DNA of 64,000 nucleotides from an uncultured Armatimonadetes bacterium (GCA_963717145.1 OY970325.1:2592001-2656000), one strand, 5' to 3'. Positions 51,404 to 60,606 are shown, numbered from the stretch's first letter. A program made the numbers and translations. The notes: a model not told the origin generated them from the sequence alone.

Positions 51404-52159
51404 ATGAATCACAACAACCAGCTTGAACAGATTCTATCCGACGTCCGAGCGGGGAAGCTCACGGTGCAGGAAGCGATGAAGAGCCTCAGGGGGCTTCCAT
51501 ATGAGGACCTCGAATTCGCCAAGATAGACCACCATCGCACGCTTCGGACCGGATTCCCCGAGGTCGTGTTCTGCCAGGGCAAGACGATCCCGCAGGTGGT
51601 CGAGATCATCAGGCGACTCTCCGAGCGTCACCCATCGGTCCTCGCAACACGCGCGACTCAGGAGATGGCCGATGCCGTCGCGCGCGAGATCACGAATGCG
51701 CGGTACCACGAAGCGGCGAGGTGCATCACCGTCTGCCGACCGGAATCGAAGGCCGAGACGGAGAGCGATAAGTTCATCCTGGTGGTCTCAGCCGGAACCG
51801 CCGACATCCCGGTCGCCGAGGAAGCGGCGGTCACCGCCCAAGTGATGGGCAGCCGCGTCGAGCGCGTCTACGATGTCGGCGTCGCAGGGCTGCATCGCCT
51901 GCTGGACCAGAAGAAGAAGCTCGAGGACGCAAACGTGATCATCGTGTGCGCCGGCATGGAGGGCGCGCTCCCGAGCGTGATCGGGGGACTGGTCGACTGC
52001 CCGGTGATCGCCGTGCCGACGAGCATCGGATACGGCGCGAGCTTCCAGGGATTGGCGGCGCTCCTCTCGATGCTGAACACCTGCGCGGAAGGGGTCGCAG
52101 TCGTGAACATCGACAACGGCTTCGGCGCGGGCTATTTCGCGCACATGATCAACAGATAG
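51404..52159 (+). CDS. larB: Nickel-pincer cofactor biosynthesis protein LarB
   Basis: DHHRTLRTGFPEV, AGTADIPVAEEA, DVGVAGLHRL, AGMEGALPS, PTSIGYGA, VNIDNGFGA. Confidence 0.95.
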   Translation: MNHNNQLEQILSDVRAGKLTVQEAMKSLRGLPYEDLEFAKIDHHRTLRTGFPEVVFCQGKTIPQVVEIIRRLSERHPSVLATRATQEMADAVAREITNARYHEAARCITVCRPESKAETESDKFILVVSAGTADIPVAEEAAVTAQVMGSRVERVYDVGVAGLHRLLDQKKKLEDANVIIVCAGMEGALPSVIGGLVDCPVIAVPTSIGYGASFQGLAALLSMLNTCAEGVAVVNIDNGFGAGYFAHMINR

Positions 52160-52244
52160 AGTATGGGAGTGTGGGAGTATGTGAGTGGGGGAGTTTGAGA
52201 GTCCGATTGCTCCCACACTCCCATACTCCCACACTCCCACACTC
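52159..52244. repeat. Inverted 8-mer tandem repeats (GGGAGTGT / ACACTCCC)
   Basis: About 5 forward and 4 reverse units between larB and larC. Confidence 0.8.
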
Positions 52245-52256
52245 AGCGGAGATATC

Positions 52257-53422
52257 ATGCGAATCGCTTACTTCGACTGCTTTGCCGGAATCAGCGGGGA
52301 CATGACCCTCGCGGCACTCCTCGACGCGGGCGTGGATGAGAAGGCTTTCCGCCATGAGATCGCCAAGCTCGGTGACCTCGGCTTCGAGTTGCAGGTGACC
52401 AAGGTCCTGAAGCGTGGCATCGAGGCGACCGACGTCAGCGTTGTGATCGAGGAGAGCCACCATCACCGCAAGCTGAACGATGTGCGGCGGATCATCGACG
52501 AGAGCGCGCTCTCGGACGCCGTCAAGTCGCGCGCGGTCGAAGTCTTCGTCCGGCTGGCTGAAGCCGAGGGGAGATCCACGGCCATTCGCCCGAGGAGGTC
52601 CACTTCCACGAGGTCGGCGCGGTGGATGCGATCGTGGACATCGTCGGCGCGTGCATCGGGATCGAGCTGCTCGGCGTCGAGAAGGTCTACGCCTCGCCGA
52701 TGCCGATGGGTCACGGATTCGTCGAGGCGGCACACGGTCGCATTCCCCTGCCCGCCCCGGCGACCATAGAGATACTCAGGGGCATCCCGGTGTATGACGC
52801 CGGCATCGAGGGCGAGACCATCACTCCAACAGGAGCGGCGATCATCCGCACGCTGACAGACCAGTTCGGCGATATGCCCCCGATGCGCATCCAGTCGATC
52901 GGTTACGGCGCGGGCAAGCGTGACTCTGAGATGCCGAACGTCCTGCGGGTCTTCGTCGGCGACGCTGAGGAGGCCGACCTCCCCGCGCACCAGGTTTCCA
53001 TCGTCGAGACGAATATCGACGACATGAACCCCGAGTTCTACGAGCCGGCGATGGAGCGGCTCTTCGAAGCAGGCGCGCTCGATGTGTACCTGACCCCGAT
53101 CGTCATGAAGAAGGGTCGGCCCGCGACTCTCTTGACCGCCATCTGTCCGATTCAGAGGACCGACGAGGTCGCGCGAGTCATCCTGAGGGAGACCTCGTCG
53201 TTTGGCGTTCGAATCTCCCGGGCGACGCGTAGATGCCTCGACAGGCGCTGGGAGACGGTCACCACGCGATACGGCGACATCCGCGTCAAGATCGGAACGG
53301 CGGACGGAATCGAGACCACCTCCCCCGAGTATGAGGACTGCAGGAAGGCCGCGGATCAGCATGGCGTTCCCGTGCGCGAGGTCTACAGCGAGGCGCTGAG
53401 TCTGTACCGTACTGAGCGATGA
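52257..53422 (+). CDS. larC: Nickel insertase LarC; 1-nt deletion near 52570
   Basis: AGISGDMTL, HHHR, then HFHEVGAVDAIVDI, ETITPTGAA, ETNIDD, MKKGRP, PEYEDC. Confidence 0.92.
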
Positions 53423-54393
53423 ACTCCCCCACCCCGACGACTCTTTCACTCCATGCCATGGCCACCCGGTTCGAGGTGATGCTCCACGGCGATGAGCCCG
53501 CGAGGCTTCGCGCCGCCGGTGAGGAGGCGCTCGCGGAGATCGAACGACTCGACCGCCAACTCAGCTTCTACGACCCCGCGAGCGAGATCAGCCGCATCAA
53601 CACCCGCGCCGCGTTCGAGTCGGTCAGGATCGATCCGCGACTCTTGCGGCTGCTCGAACGATGTGCCGACCTCAGCCGCCTCACCGATGAGGCATTCGAC
53701 ATCACGATCGCGCCACTCATGCAGGTCTGGGGATTCACGGGGGCATCCGGGGCAGTCCCCGATCAGGAGAGCATCAGGAGAGCGCTCGATGTCGTCGGGA
53801 TGGCACACATCCTCCTCGATCCAGGGGACCACACCGTGCGTTTCGACGGGCCCGGCGTGATGGTCGATCTCGGAGCGGTCGGCAAGGGGTATGCCATCGA
53901 GCGCGCGGTGGAGGTGTTGAGGGAATGCGGCGTCACGAGCGCATTGATTCACGGCGGCACGAGCACGGTCTACGCGATCGGATCGCCGCCCGATCAGGAC
54001 GCCTGGCGCGTCGGGATTGCGGATCCGGATGCCCCCTCCCCAACCCTCCCCGCAACGGAGAGGGGGTCAACTCGCAGGCCGCCGGGGGTACTCCCTCTCC
54101 GTTGCGGGGAGGGTTGGGGAGGGGGCATCCGCGAGACGGTTCACCTGCGCGACAGTGCCCTCTCCGTGTCGGCGGTTCATGGCAAGTCGTTCGTCGAAGG
54201 CGGCACGGAATACGGCCACGTGATCGACCCACGGTCCGGGCAAGCGGCGACCGGGACGCTCCTGGCGTCGGTGACCGGTCCATCGCCGACGGACTCCGAC
54301 GCGCTCTCGACCGCCCTCCTGATTCTCGGCAAGCCGGGTCTCGATATACTGCGGGAGAGATTTCCTGACTGCCAGGGGATTGTAGCGTCGTAG
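53419..54393 (+). CDS. apbE: FAD:protein FMN transferase (ApbE family) with in-frame palindrome
   Basis: AMAT, SEISRIN, FDITI, DLGAVGKGY, WRVGI, GHVIDPRSG, DALST. Confidence 0.9.
   Translation: MNSPTPTTLSLHAMATRFEVMLHGDEPARLRAAGEEALAEIERLDRQLSFYDPASEISRINTRAAFESVRIDPRLLRLLERCADLSRLTDEAFDITIAPLMQVWGFTGASGAVPDQESIRRALDVVGMAHILLDPGDHTVRFDGPGVMVDLGAVGKGYAIERAVEVLRECGVTSALIHGGTSTVYAIGSPPDQDAWRVGIADPDAPSPTLPATERGSTRRPPGVLPLRCGEGWGGGIRETVHLRDSALSVSAVHGKSFVEGGTEYGHVIDPRSGQAATGTLLASVTGPSPTDSDALSTALLILGKPGLDILRERFPDCQGIVAS
54026..54131. repeat. Palindrome (39-bp arms) translated inside apbE
   Basis: CGGATGCCCCCTCCCCAACCCTCCCCGCAACGGAGAGGG at 54026-54064, reverse complement at 54093-54131. Confidence 0.92.
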
Positions 54394-54495
54394 CGGAGAT
54401 GAAGGTTTGCTCATGTTTCAGGGTCTGATCTGATGTGAACATGCACCCAAAGGTGTATAATGCAGCCACAAGGATATAGCCAAGCGAGGAGTGCC

Positions 54496-55314
54496 ATGAA
54501 AATCCATCCGGTCAAACGCTATTCTGAACCCAGGTATCCGACCAATCGTGTTCTCGATCAGCATCCGGAGTTGCTCAGGCTCATCCCGAAGCGGTGGCAG
54601 GGCAATCCGGTTCTTATTGCAGCCCTCACAGGGCTCTGCGTGCTCACGGCAAGTTGCCGGGCGTTGTCCTCGTCCAAGCCGCCCACGCCGACATCACGCG
54701 TTGCCCCGATATTCCGGCATGGCTACGGCGTCGGCGGCTATGGCTGCGTCGCGACCGCAGCCCCCGTGTTCCTCTCCGAAGAGGAGGCTCGCAAGATCAT
54801 CGTGGACGAGGGCAAGCGGGGCGGATTGACCTTCGAGCCGGGGACTGCGCCGCTCAAAGGCATCAGCGTCCCAGTCATCGAGAAAATGGGCGACCAGGTG
54901 CCCCGCAAGCGAGACGGGAAGCTCGAGAAGGTTCCGGCCAGGTTCAAGACGAAGAAGGCTGACGTCAAACCTGACGGAGTGGACAAGAAGCGCAAGGTGT
55001 CGTTTGAGTTCGTCTCGACGGACGATTTTGAGGCGTGGTCCGTCAAGGACCCCCGCATCACTTCCACTTGGATCTCGACCGACCTCCTTGGCACTGCCGC
55101 GCTGTTCAGGGAATCGCTGGCCAAGTCGAAGCCGCTGGGCGACTACGGCGTATTCTACGATCCGGTTTCCTACGAGGTGTACCAGTTCAACGAAGAGAAA
55201 CCCTCCGCGGATGTGTCGGCTCGGAACGAGGCCGTGAGGAAACAAGCTGAGACGGACCTTCGCGGGCAGGTCAAGGACTTCATCAAGTGGCTCAAGTCCC
55301 AGGGAGTGATCTAG
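54496..55314 (+). CDS. Hypothetical lipoprotein-like protein, radical SAM-associated, paralog 1
   Basis: GAGGAG RBS; about 40-aa polar leader, hydrophobic stretch ending LTASC, HGYGVGGYGCV, C-terminal QVKDFIKWLKSQGVI. Confidence 0.8.
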   Translation: MKIHPVKRYSEPRYPTNRVLDQHPELLRLIPKRWQGNPVLIAALTGLCVLTASCRALSSSKPPTPTSRVAPIFRHGYGVGGYGCVATAAPVFLSEEEARKIIVDEGKRGGLTFEPGTAPLKGISVPVIEKMGDQVPRKRDGKLEKVPARFKTKKADVKPDGVDKKRKVSFEFVSTDDFEAWSVKDPRITSTWISTDLLGTAALFRESLAKSKPLGDYGVFYDPVSYEVYQFNEEKPSADVSARNEAVRKQAETDLRGQVKDFIKWLKSQGVI

Positions 55315-55328
55315 AGGCAAGGTGTATC

Positions 55329-56057
55329 ATGGAAGTCCGTCCGGTGAAGCACTACAGGCAGCCGAGGTATCCCACAAATCGAATTCTTGAGCAGCATCCC
55401 GAACTGCTCAGGCTCGTGCCGAAGCGCTGGCAGGGCAATCCGCTCGTCATCACCGCCCTGACCGGCCTGTGCATCCTGATGGCGGGGTGCCGAGCAGGGG
55501 GACAAGCAGCGTCTCACGTTGCCCCTATCTTCGTGCACGGCGCAGGTCGCGGCGGTTTCGGCTGTGTAGCGGTCAATCCGCCAGTGGTCCTCTCAGAAGC
55601 TGAAGCGCACCAGGTAATAGTCGAGGAGGCGAAAAAGTCGGGGATCGATCTGAAGCCCGGCGTCCAGACTGCGCTGAATACTGATCTGGATGGGCCCGAC
55701 CCAAGGCGCTTGATCTCTTACGAGTTTACATCCTCTAAGGACACAGCGGCGCGGCAGCGCAGGAGTTTCTGGAATCGTTCCTCGGCATATACGCTTGATT
55801 GCCAAGCTGAGGCAAACCGGTTTCGCGACCGACTTGCGAAGGCCAGGCCTGCCGGGAGTTATGGTGTGTTCTATGACCCTTTCGTCAAGCCCAGACGGTT
55901 GGTATATACCAGAGGCAGTTCAGGAAGCACAGACTCGAAGGCCTGGGTTGCGGAACGCAAGAGCGCAAGGGACGCCGCTAAGATCGCCGCCAAAGAGGAG
56001 GTCCGGGAGCAGGTCAAGGACTTCATCAAGTGGCTGAAGGCCGAGGGAGTGATCTGA
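55329..56057 (+). CDS. Hypothetical lipoprotein-like protein, radical SAM-associated, paralog 2
   Basis: Near-identical leader, LMAGC, HGAGRGGFGCV, QVKDFIKWLKAEGVI. Confidence 0.8.
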   Translation: MEVRPVKHYRQPRYPTNRILEQHPELLRLVPKRWQGNPLVITALTGLCILMAGCRAGGQAASHVAPIFVHGAGRGGFGCVAVNPPVVLSEAEAHQVIVEEAKKSGIDLKPGVQTALNTDLDGPDPRRLISYEFTSSKDTAARQRRSFWNRSSAYTLDCQAEANRFRDRLAKARPAGSYGVFYDPFVKPRRLVYTRGSSGSTDSKAWVAERKSARDAAKIAAKEEVREQVKDFIKWLKAEGVI

Positions 56058-56058
56058 T

Positions 56059-57204
56059 ATGCATCTGACTCTCCACCTTACCGCGCGGTGCAACATGCGA
56101 TGCCGGTACTGCTATGCCGCGCCACATCAGGGCGGAGACATGACGCTCGAGACCACTAAGTCCGCAATCGGGATGGCAGTCGAACACCTCAACCGCGACT
56201 CACCAGGCGGGAGTCTGGGGGTGATCTTCTTCGGCGGGGAACCGCTCCTGATGCGCGACCTGATCGTCGACACAATCCTCCACTGCCGGCAGGTCGAGGC
56301 GGAGACCGGTCAGCTCTTCCACTACAAGGTCACCACGAACGGCCTGCTGCTCGATGAGGAATTCCTCACTCATCCGGACACGTCGGAGGTCTTCGTCGCC
56401 CTCAGCCACGACGGCACAAGGGCGGCGCACGATGCCAACCGCATGGATGCATCAGGTCGAGGCACGTTCGATCCGCTGGAAGAGAAGATAGACCTGCTCC
56501 TTCGACACAAGCCGTATGCGCCGGTGATGAAGGTCGTCACGCCGGATACCGTCGGCCACTATGCTGAGTCGATCGAGTACCTGTTCGACAAGGGTTTCCG
56601 CTACCTGATCTGCTCACTCGACTACGGCGCGCAGTGGGAGGAGGGCCACCTGGCCGAACTGCAGCGCCAGTACGAACTCATCGCCGACTGGTACTACGAG
56701 AAGACGCTTGGGGAGGAGAAGTTCTACTTCAGTCCGTTCGAGGTCAAGATCTCATCGCACGTCCACCCGGGAAGCTGCCTGGCGGAGAGATGCGAGCTTG
56801 GCCGGACGCAGATATCCGTCGCGCCGAACGGGAGACTCTATCCCTGCGTGCAGTTCGTCGGCGACGGAACGGATGACACCTGGTCGATCGGCGACGTAAC
56901 GACCGGCATCGACGAGGAGGCGCGCTGGCGGCTGTACGACATGAACCGCGAGGAGAAGGAGAGCTGCCGGACTTGCGCGATCCGGAGCCGGTGCAATCAC
57001 TACTGCGGATGCCTGAACAAGCAGGCAACGGGGCGCATCGACCTGGTGTCGCCGATGCTCTGCGCTCATGAGCGGACGGTCCTGCCGATCGCCGATCGTC
57101 TGGCGGCGCGGCTCTACAAGCGCAAAGACCCGATGTTCATCCAGAAGCACTACAACGAGATGTTCCCGCTGGTATCGCTGGTTGAGGATTCCACGAAAGC
57201 CTGA
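56059..57204 (+). CDS. Radical SAM/SPASM-domain enzyme
   Basis: CNMRCRYC, FFGGEPLL, TTNG, SHDG; SPASM C..G..YPC and CRTCAIRSRCNHYCGC..C. Confidence 0.93.
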   Translation: MHLTLHLTARCNMRCRYCYAAPHQGGDMTLETTKSAIGMAVEHLNRDSPGGSLGVIFFGGEPLLMRDLIVDTILHCRQVEAETGQLFHYKVTTNGLLLDEEFLTHPDTSEVFVALSHDGTRAAHDANRMDASGRGTFDPLEEKIDLLLRHKPYAPVMKVVTPDTVGHYAESIEYLFDKGFRYLICSLDYGAQWEEGHLAELQRQYELIADWYYEKTLGEEKFYFSPFEVKISSHVHPGSCLAERCELGRTQISVAPNGRLYPCVQFVGDGTDDTWSIGDVTTGIDEEARWRLYDMNREEKESCRTCAIRSRCNHYCGCLNKQATGRIDLVSPMLCAHERTVLPIADRLAARLYKRKDPMFIQKHYNEMFPLVSLVEDSTKA

Positions 57205-57213
57205 CTGGTCCTA

Positions 57214-57876
57214 CTACTCGCTGCTTACTCGCTCTTGCTTCTTCAGCTCGCCGACCTCCTGCTCGAGGTGGCGCACCCGGTCGAGTATGCACTCCACCGC
57301 CCTCTGCACCGGGTCCGGGAGTTCGTGCTGCTCGAGGTCGATCTCGCCTGCGACCCTCTGGCCGTCGCGATGAGTCACGCGGCCAGGCACTCCGACGACC
57401 ACCGAATTGGGCGGCACCTCGTGGACGACCACCGATCCCGCGCCAATCCTGCTGTTCTCGCCGACCTTGAACGGGCCGAGGACCTTCGCGCCGGCGCCGA
57501 TGACGACGTTGTCGCCGATCGTCGGATGGCGCTTCTCTTTCCGCCAACTCGTTCCGCCGAGGGTGACGCCGTGGTAGAGGGTGACATTCTCGCCGATCTC
57601 AGCGGTCTCACCGATGACAACGCCCATACCGTGGTCGATGAAGAACCCGCGGCCGATAGTCGCGCCGGGATGGATCTCGATGCCGGTGAAGAAGCGTCCG
57701 GTCTGCGACACCATTCGTGCGAGCAGCCGCGCGTTGCACCTCCACAGCCAGTGTGCCATGCGGTGGTAGAAGAGGACGTGGAAACCGGGGTAGCAGATGA
57801 TGACCTCGAGCGTCCCCCGGCATGCCGGGTCCCGCTCCTTGACTGCCTGGATATCGCTTTTCAGTCTGCCAAACAC
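57214..57876 (-). CDS. cysE: Serine O-acetyltransferase
   Basis: [38 protein letters not shown]. Confidence 0.95.
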   Translation of the reverse strand: MFGRLKSDIQAVKERDPACRGTLEVIICYPGFHVLFYHRMAHWLWRCNARLLARMVSQTGRFFTGIEIHPGATIGRGFFIDHGMGVVIGETAEIGENVTLYHGVTLGGTSWRKEKRHPTIGDNVVIGAGAKVLGPFKVGENSRIGAGSVVVHEVPPNSVVVGVPGRVTHRDGQRVAGEIDLEQHELPDPVQRAVECILDRVRHLEQEVGELKKQERVSSE

Positions 57877-57927
57877 CTCTCTCCCCCTCTCCGGTCCTAC
57901 TCCTACTCATACTCATACTCAAACGGG

Positions 57928-57987
57928 GCCCACCGTCAGTCCTGAGTGCACCGTCATTCACCGGCGCACTCAGGACTGACGGTGGGC
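57928..57987. repeat. Inverted repeat (22-bp arms), preceded by TACTCA hexamers at 57897-57920
   Basis: GCCCACCGTCAGTCCTGAGTGC / GCACTCAGGACTGACGGTGGGC. Confidence 0.8.
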
Positions 57988-58006
57988 TTTCTCCTGGAAT
58001 CGCAGA

Positions 58007-58261
58007 CTACTCGACTGCCGCGCGGGCACTCGGCATGCCGACGTTCTCGACCTTCGTGACTCCCGGCACATTCTGCTTGAGCAGCCGCTCCACGCCCATC
58101 TGCAGCGTCATCTGCGACATCGGGCATCCGGCGCAGGCGCCGACGAGCTTCACCTGCACGACGCCGGTCTCCTCGTCAACACCGATCAGCTCTATGTCTC
58201 CGCCATCAGCCTGCAGTGCGGGACGAACATCCTTCAGTGCTTCTTCGACTTTCTCTTTCAT
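58007..58261 (-). CDS. Nfu-type (NifU C-terminal) Fe-S carrier
   Basis: GAGGAGG RBS; VRPALQADGGDIEL, GACAGCPMS. Confidence 0.92.
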   Translation of the reverse strand: MKEKVEEALKDVRPALQADGGDIELIGVDEETGVVQVKLVGACAGCPMSQMTLQMGVERLLKQNVPGVTKVENVGMPSARAAVE

Positions 58262-58287
58262 GATTATCCTCCTCGGAATTGCGAGAT

Positions 58288-58367
58288 TGGAGTAATGGAC
58301 TGCTGGAGTACTGGAGTGGTGGGTTCCGGAACCCAATACTCCAACACTCCAATACTCCATTACTCCA
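58288..58367. repeat. Inverted 8-mer tandem repeats (TGGAGTAA type) supplying the nifU stop codon
   Basis: tggagtaa..tggagtac.. facing ..atactcca acactcca atactcca ttactcca. Confidence 0.8.
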
Positions 58368-58776
58368 TGTACTTACCCTTCTCCATCTCGAGACCCTTGC
58401 CGGTGGTCTTCTTCAGGTAATCGTCTATCGCCGACTGGATTGCTTCCTCGGCGAGAACCGAACAGTGCATCTTGACAGGCGGGAGTCCGCCGAGCGCCTC
58501 CGCCACGGCCTTATTGCTGAGCGTCAGCGCCTCCTCGATGGTCTTACCCTTGATCAACTCGGTTGCCATGCTGCTTGTGGCGATCGCCGCTCCGCAGCCG
58601 AAGGTCTTGAACTTGACGTCGGTGATGACGTTATCCTCGACCTTGATGTACATCTTCATGATATCGCCACAGACGGGATTACCGACGCTTCCGATGCCAT
58701 CGGCATCAGGAATCTCGCCAACGTTGCGCGGATTCATGAAGTGCTCCATCACCTTGTCACTGTACTGAGTGTTCAT
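58360..58776 (-). CDS. nifU: Fe-S cluster scaffold, IscU/NifU N-terminal type
   Basis: YSDKVMEHFMNPRNVG, CGD, FGCGAAIA, LPPVKMHCS. Confidence 0.93.
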   Translation of the reverse strand: MNTQYSDKVMEHFMNPRNVGEIPDADGIGSVGNPVCGDIMKMYIKVEDNVITDVKFKTFGCGAAIATSSMATELIKGKTIEEALTLSNKAVAEALGGLPPVKMHCSVLAEEAIQSAIDDYLKKTTGKGLEMEKGKYME

Positions 58777-58841
58777 TCTTCTCCTCCGGTTCAGACTGCT
58801 GACTGCCGCAGCAAAGGCCGGCACAGAGGCGCGGCCACTAC

Positions 58842-58917
58842 CCATCGTTCGGGCAGGAGTTGTACTCCTGCCCGTCTCACCTGGCGGGCAGGAGTACAAC
58901 TCCTGCCCGAACGATGG
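58842..58917. repeat. REP-like doublet GGGCAGGAGTTGTACTCCTGCCC
   Basis: Arms 58842-58874/58885-58917, each itself a hairpin. Confidence 0.85.
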
Positions 58918-58920
58918 CGA

Positions 58921-59499
58921 CTAGATCTCGTTTATCGGCTTGCCGGTCGCAGCCGTGTATACCTCGTTGATCACACACTCCGAGAGATGATCGCTGCCAC
59001 AATGCGAGCAGGATTCCAGCGCGCCGTGCGCATCCTCGACCGCCGCCGCGATGAAGCTCTCGAGATAGCCTATGAATGCCTCCCGATCACCCGGATTCAT
59101 GCGCCGCAAGATCCGGGTGAGGCCCGCGATCCGCTCGAGGCGGATGTTCTCGACCAGTTCCTGGCCCGACTCAGTCAGCCTGATCTCCGACAATCGGCGG
59201 TCTCTCTGGTTCTCGGCGCGCGATACCAGTCCACGTCGCACAAGCCGCTCCGTGATCTGGCTGGCGGCCGAGTACGTCATGCAGAGACCACGGGCGATCT
59301 CGCTCACGGAACAGACTCCGTGCTGGTACAGATACTGCAGGCCCTGCGCCAACCCGGGAGTCGTATCACCGCCGGCTTCCTTGAGCGGACGAACCGTGAT
59401 CGTCCGGTGGAGTGTCTCCGCGAACAGGTCGAGCACGTGCTCGGCATATGCGGCGGATGCCTTTCCATGCGATCTGAGTGTACCCGTCTTTGCTTCCAT
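58921..59499 (-). CDS. MarR-family regulator with C-terminal CxxC-x3-H-x3-C tail
   Basis: SVSEIARGL..SAASQITERLVRRGLVSR..DRR..LTESG; tail CSHCGSDHLSEC. Confidence 0.85.
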   Translation of the reverse strand: MEAKTGTLRSHGKASAAYAEHVLDLFAETLHRTITVRPLKEAGGDTTPGLAQGLQYLYQHGVCSVSEIARGLCMTYSAASQITERLVRRGLVSRAENQRDRRLSEIRLTESGQELVENIRLERIAGLTRILRRMNPGDREAFIGYLESFIAAAVEDAHGALESCSHCGSDHLSECVINEVYTAATGKPINEI

Positions 59500-59541
59500 G
59501 TTGTTCTCGGCGGGCCGAAAAACGCTAAACGTTCTTATTGA

Positions 59542-59583
59542 TTAAGCAGCTTAACTTATACCCGGATTCGTCGGATTTGTCAA
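59542..59583 (-). promoter_or_regulatory. Sigma70 promoter with palindromic operator at the start site
   Basis: TTGACA(59583-59578)-N17-TATAAG(59560-59555), immediately followed by TTAAGC-T-GCTTAA. Confidence 0.75.
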
Positions 59584-59649
59584 CATTTCTTGCCCACAGA
59601 GTAGTCCGTTGATCCGAAATACCGGGTATCGTTCCACGCTCTGCTCCTG

Positions 59650-59754
59650 AGAAAGAGACTCCCAACTAGGTGGGCGGGCGGGTACAAACTCCGGATGCGG
59701 TGGCCGTTCCCGGAGTTTGTACCCGCCCGCCCACCCAGTTGGGAGTCTCTTTCT
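59650..59754. repeat. Long inverted repeat (45-bp arms, 1 mismatch)
   Basis: AGAAAGAGACTCCCAACTAGGTGGGCGGGCGGGTACAAACTCCGG and reverse complement at 59710-59754. Confidence 0.9.
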
Positions 59755-59827
59755 GGCCGAAACAACTGCGAGACCGACACAGTGACTTGCTCAGAATGAC
59801 AGCCGTCCTGCCACCCCAAGATGTGCG

Positions 59828-59862
59828 AAGACCCCGCTGAACAACGTTCGGCGGGGTCTTTT
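59828..59862. terminator. Probable terminator hairpin
   Basis: AAGACCCCGCTGAAC-AAC-GTTCGGCGGGGTCTTTT downstream of Spy-like genes. Confidence 0.55.
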
Positions 59863-59910
59863 CGGAATCCACATATCATCAGGCGAGTCGAGTCACCGCC
59901 CGACTGGTCG

Positions 59911-60513
59911 TCACTGAGGCGGTGGCGGCGGCTGGCCGGGTCCCGGAGGTCCAGGCATCCCGCGTCCACCTGGAGGACCGCCCTGTCCGTACCGCATCGG
60001 GTACAGCGTCCAGAACTTCGCCCTCTGCTCCGCGGTCAGCATCTGCTCGAACCTTAGCCACATCTGAAGCTCGGCCTGCAGGATATCACCTTCCTGCTTG
60101 CTGAGCTTGGCCGCGAGTTCATTAACCTTCGTCGGATTCGTGGGTTCGGCCTTCAACTCAGCAATCAGGTCCGGCATCAGCTTGGCATCGCCGACGATCT
60201 GCTTGATCTTGGCATCCAGTGCGCCGATCATCTCGGTCGCCTGCTTCTGCTGCTGATCGTTGAGCTGCAAGTCCTGCGCCCATCTCTGCACCATCTGAGC
60301 GGGCGGCGGCGCGAATGCCCTCACTGGGCACTGCGGCCCACCCATGCCGAGCCTCTGACCTTGCTGATCCGGTCCACCCGGCATTCCCGGCGGGCCCGGC
60401 TGCTGTCCGCGCTGGCCACGCTGGCCGTTCTGCGCCTGCGCGATCACGGCGGCGGTCAGTGCAATGACGCATACCAGCGCCAATGCAATCAGGATCACTC
60501 TCTTGTTGAACAT
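59911..60513 (-). CDS. Periplasmic Spy/CpxP-like helical protein
   Basis: Signal peptide, LQLNDQQQKQ, MLTAEQRAKF, Pro/Gly-rich ends. Confidence 0.75.
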   Translation of the reverse strand: MFNKRVILIALALVCVIALTAAVIAQAQNGQRGQRGQQPGPPGMPGGPDQQGQRLGMGGPQCPVRAFAPPPAQMVQRWAQDLQLNDQQQKQATEMIGALDAKIKQIVGDAKLMPDLIAELKAEPTNPTKVNELAAKLSKQEGDILQAELQMWLRFEQMLTAEQRAKFWTLYPMRYGQGGPPGGRGMPGPPGPGQPPPPPQ

Positions 60514-60606
60514 GCGTATCCCTCCTAGATTCGGTCTCCCGGCACGAAGCCGGAGAGTAAGTGGAGTCGGATGCGATGTGCGTCCGACTCCCGAGCACGT
60601 TGGATT

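Noticed and set aside
56059-57204. Ordinary anaerobic sulfatase maturase or short-peptide RiPP cluster
   Set aside because: No sulfatase, short precursor, RRE/PqqD, peptidase or exporter is adjacent; the coupled genes are the two lipoprotein-like paralogs
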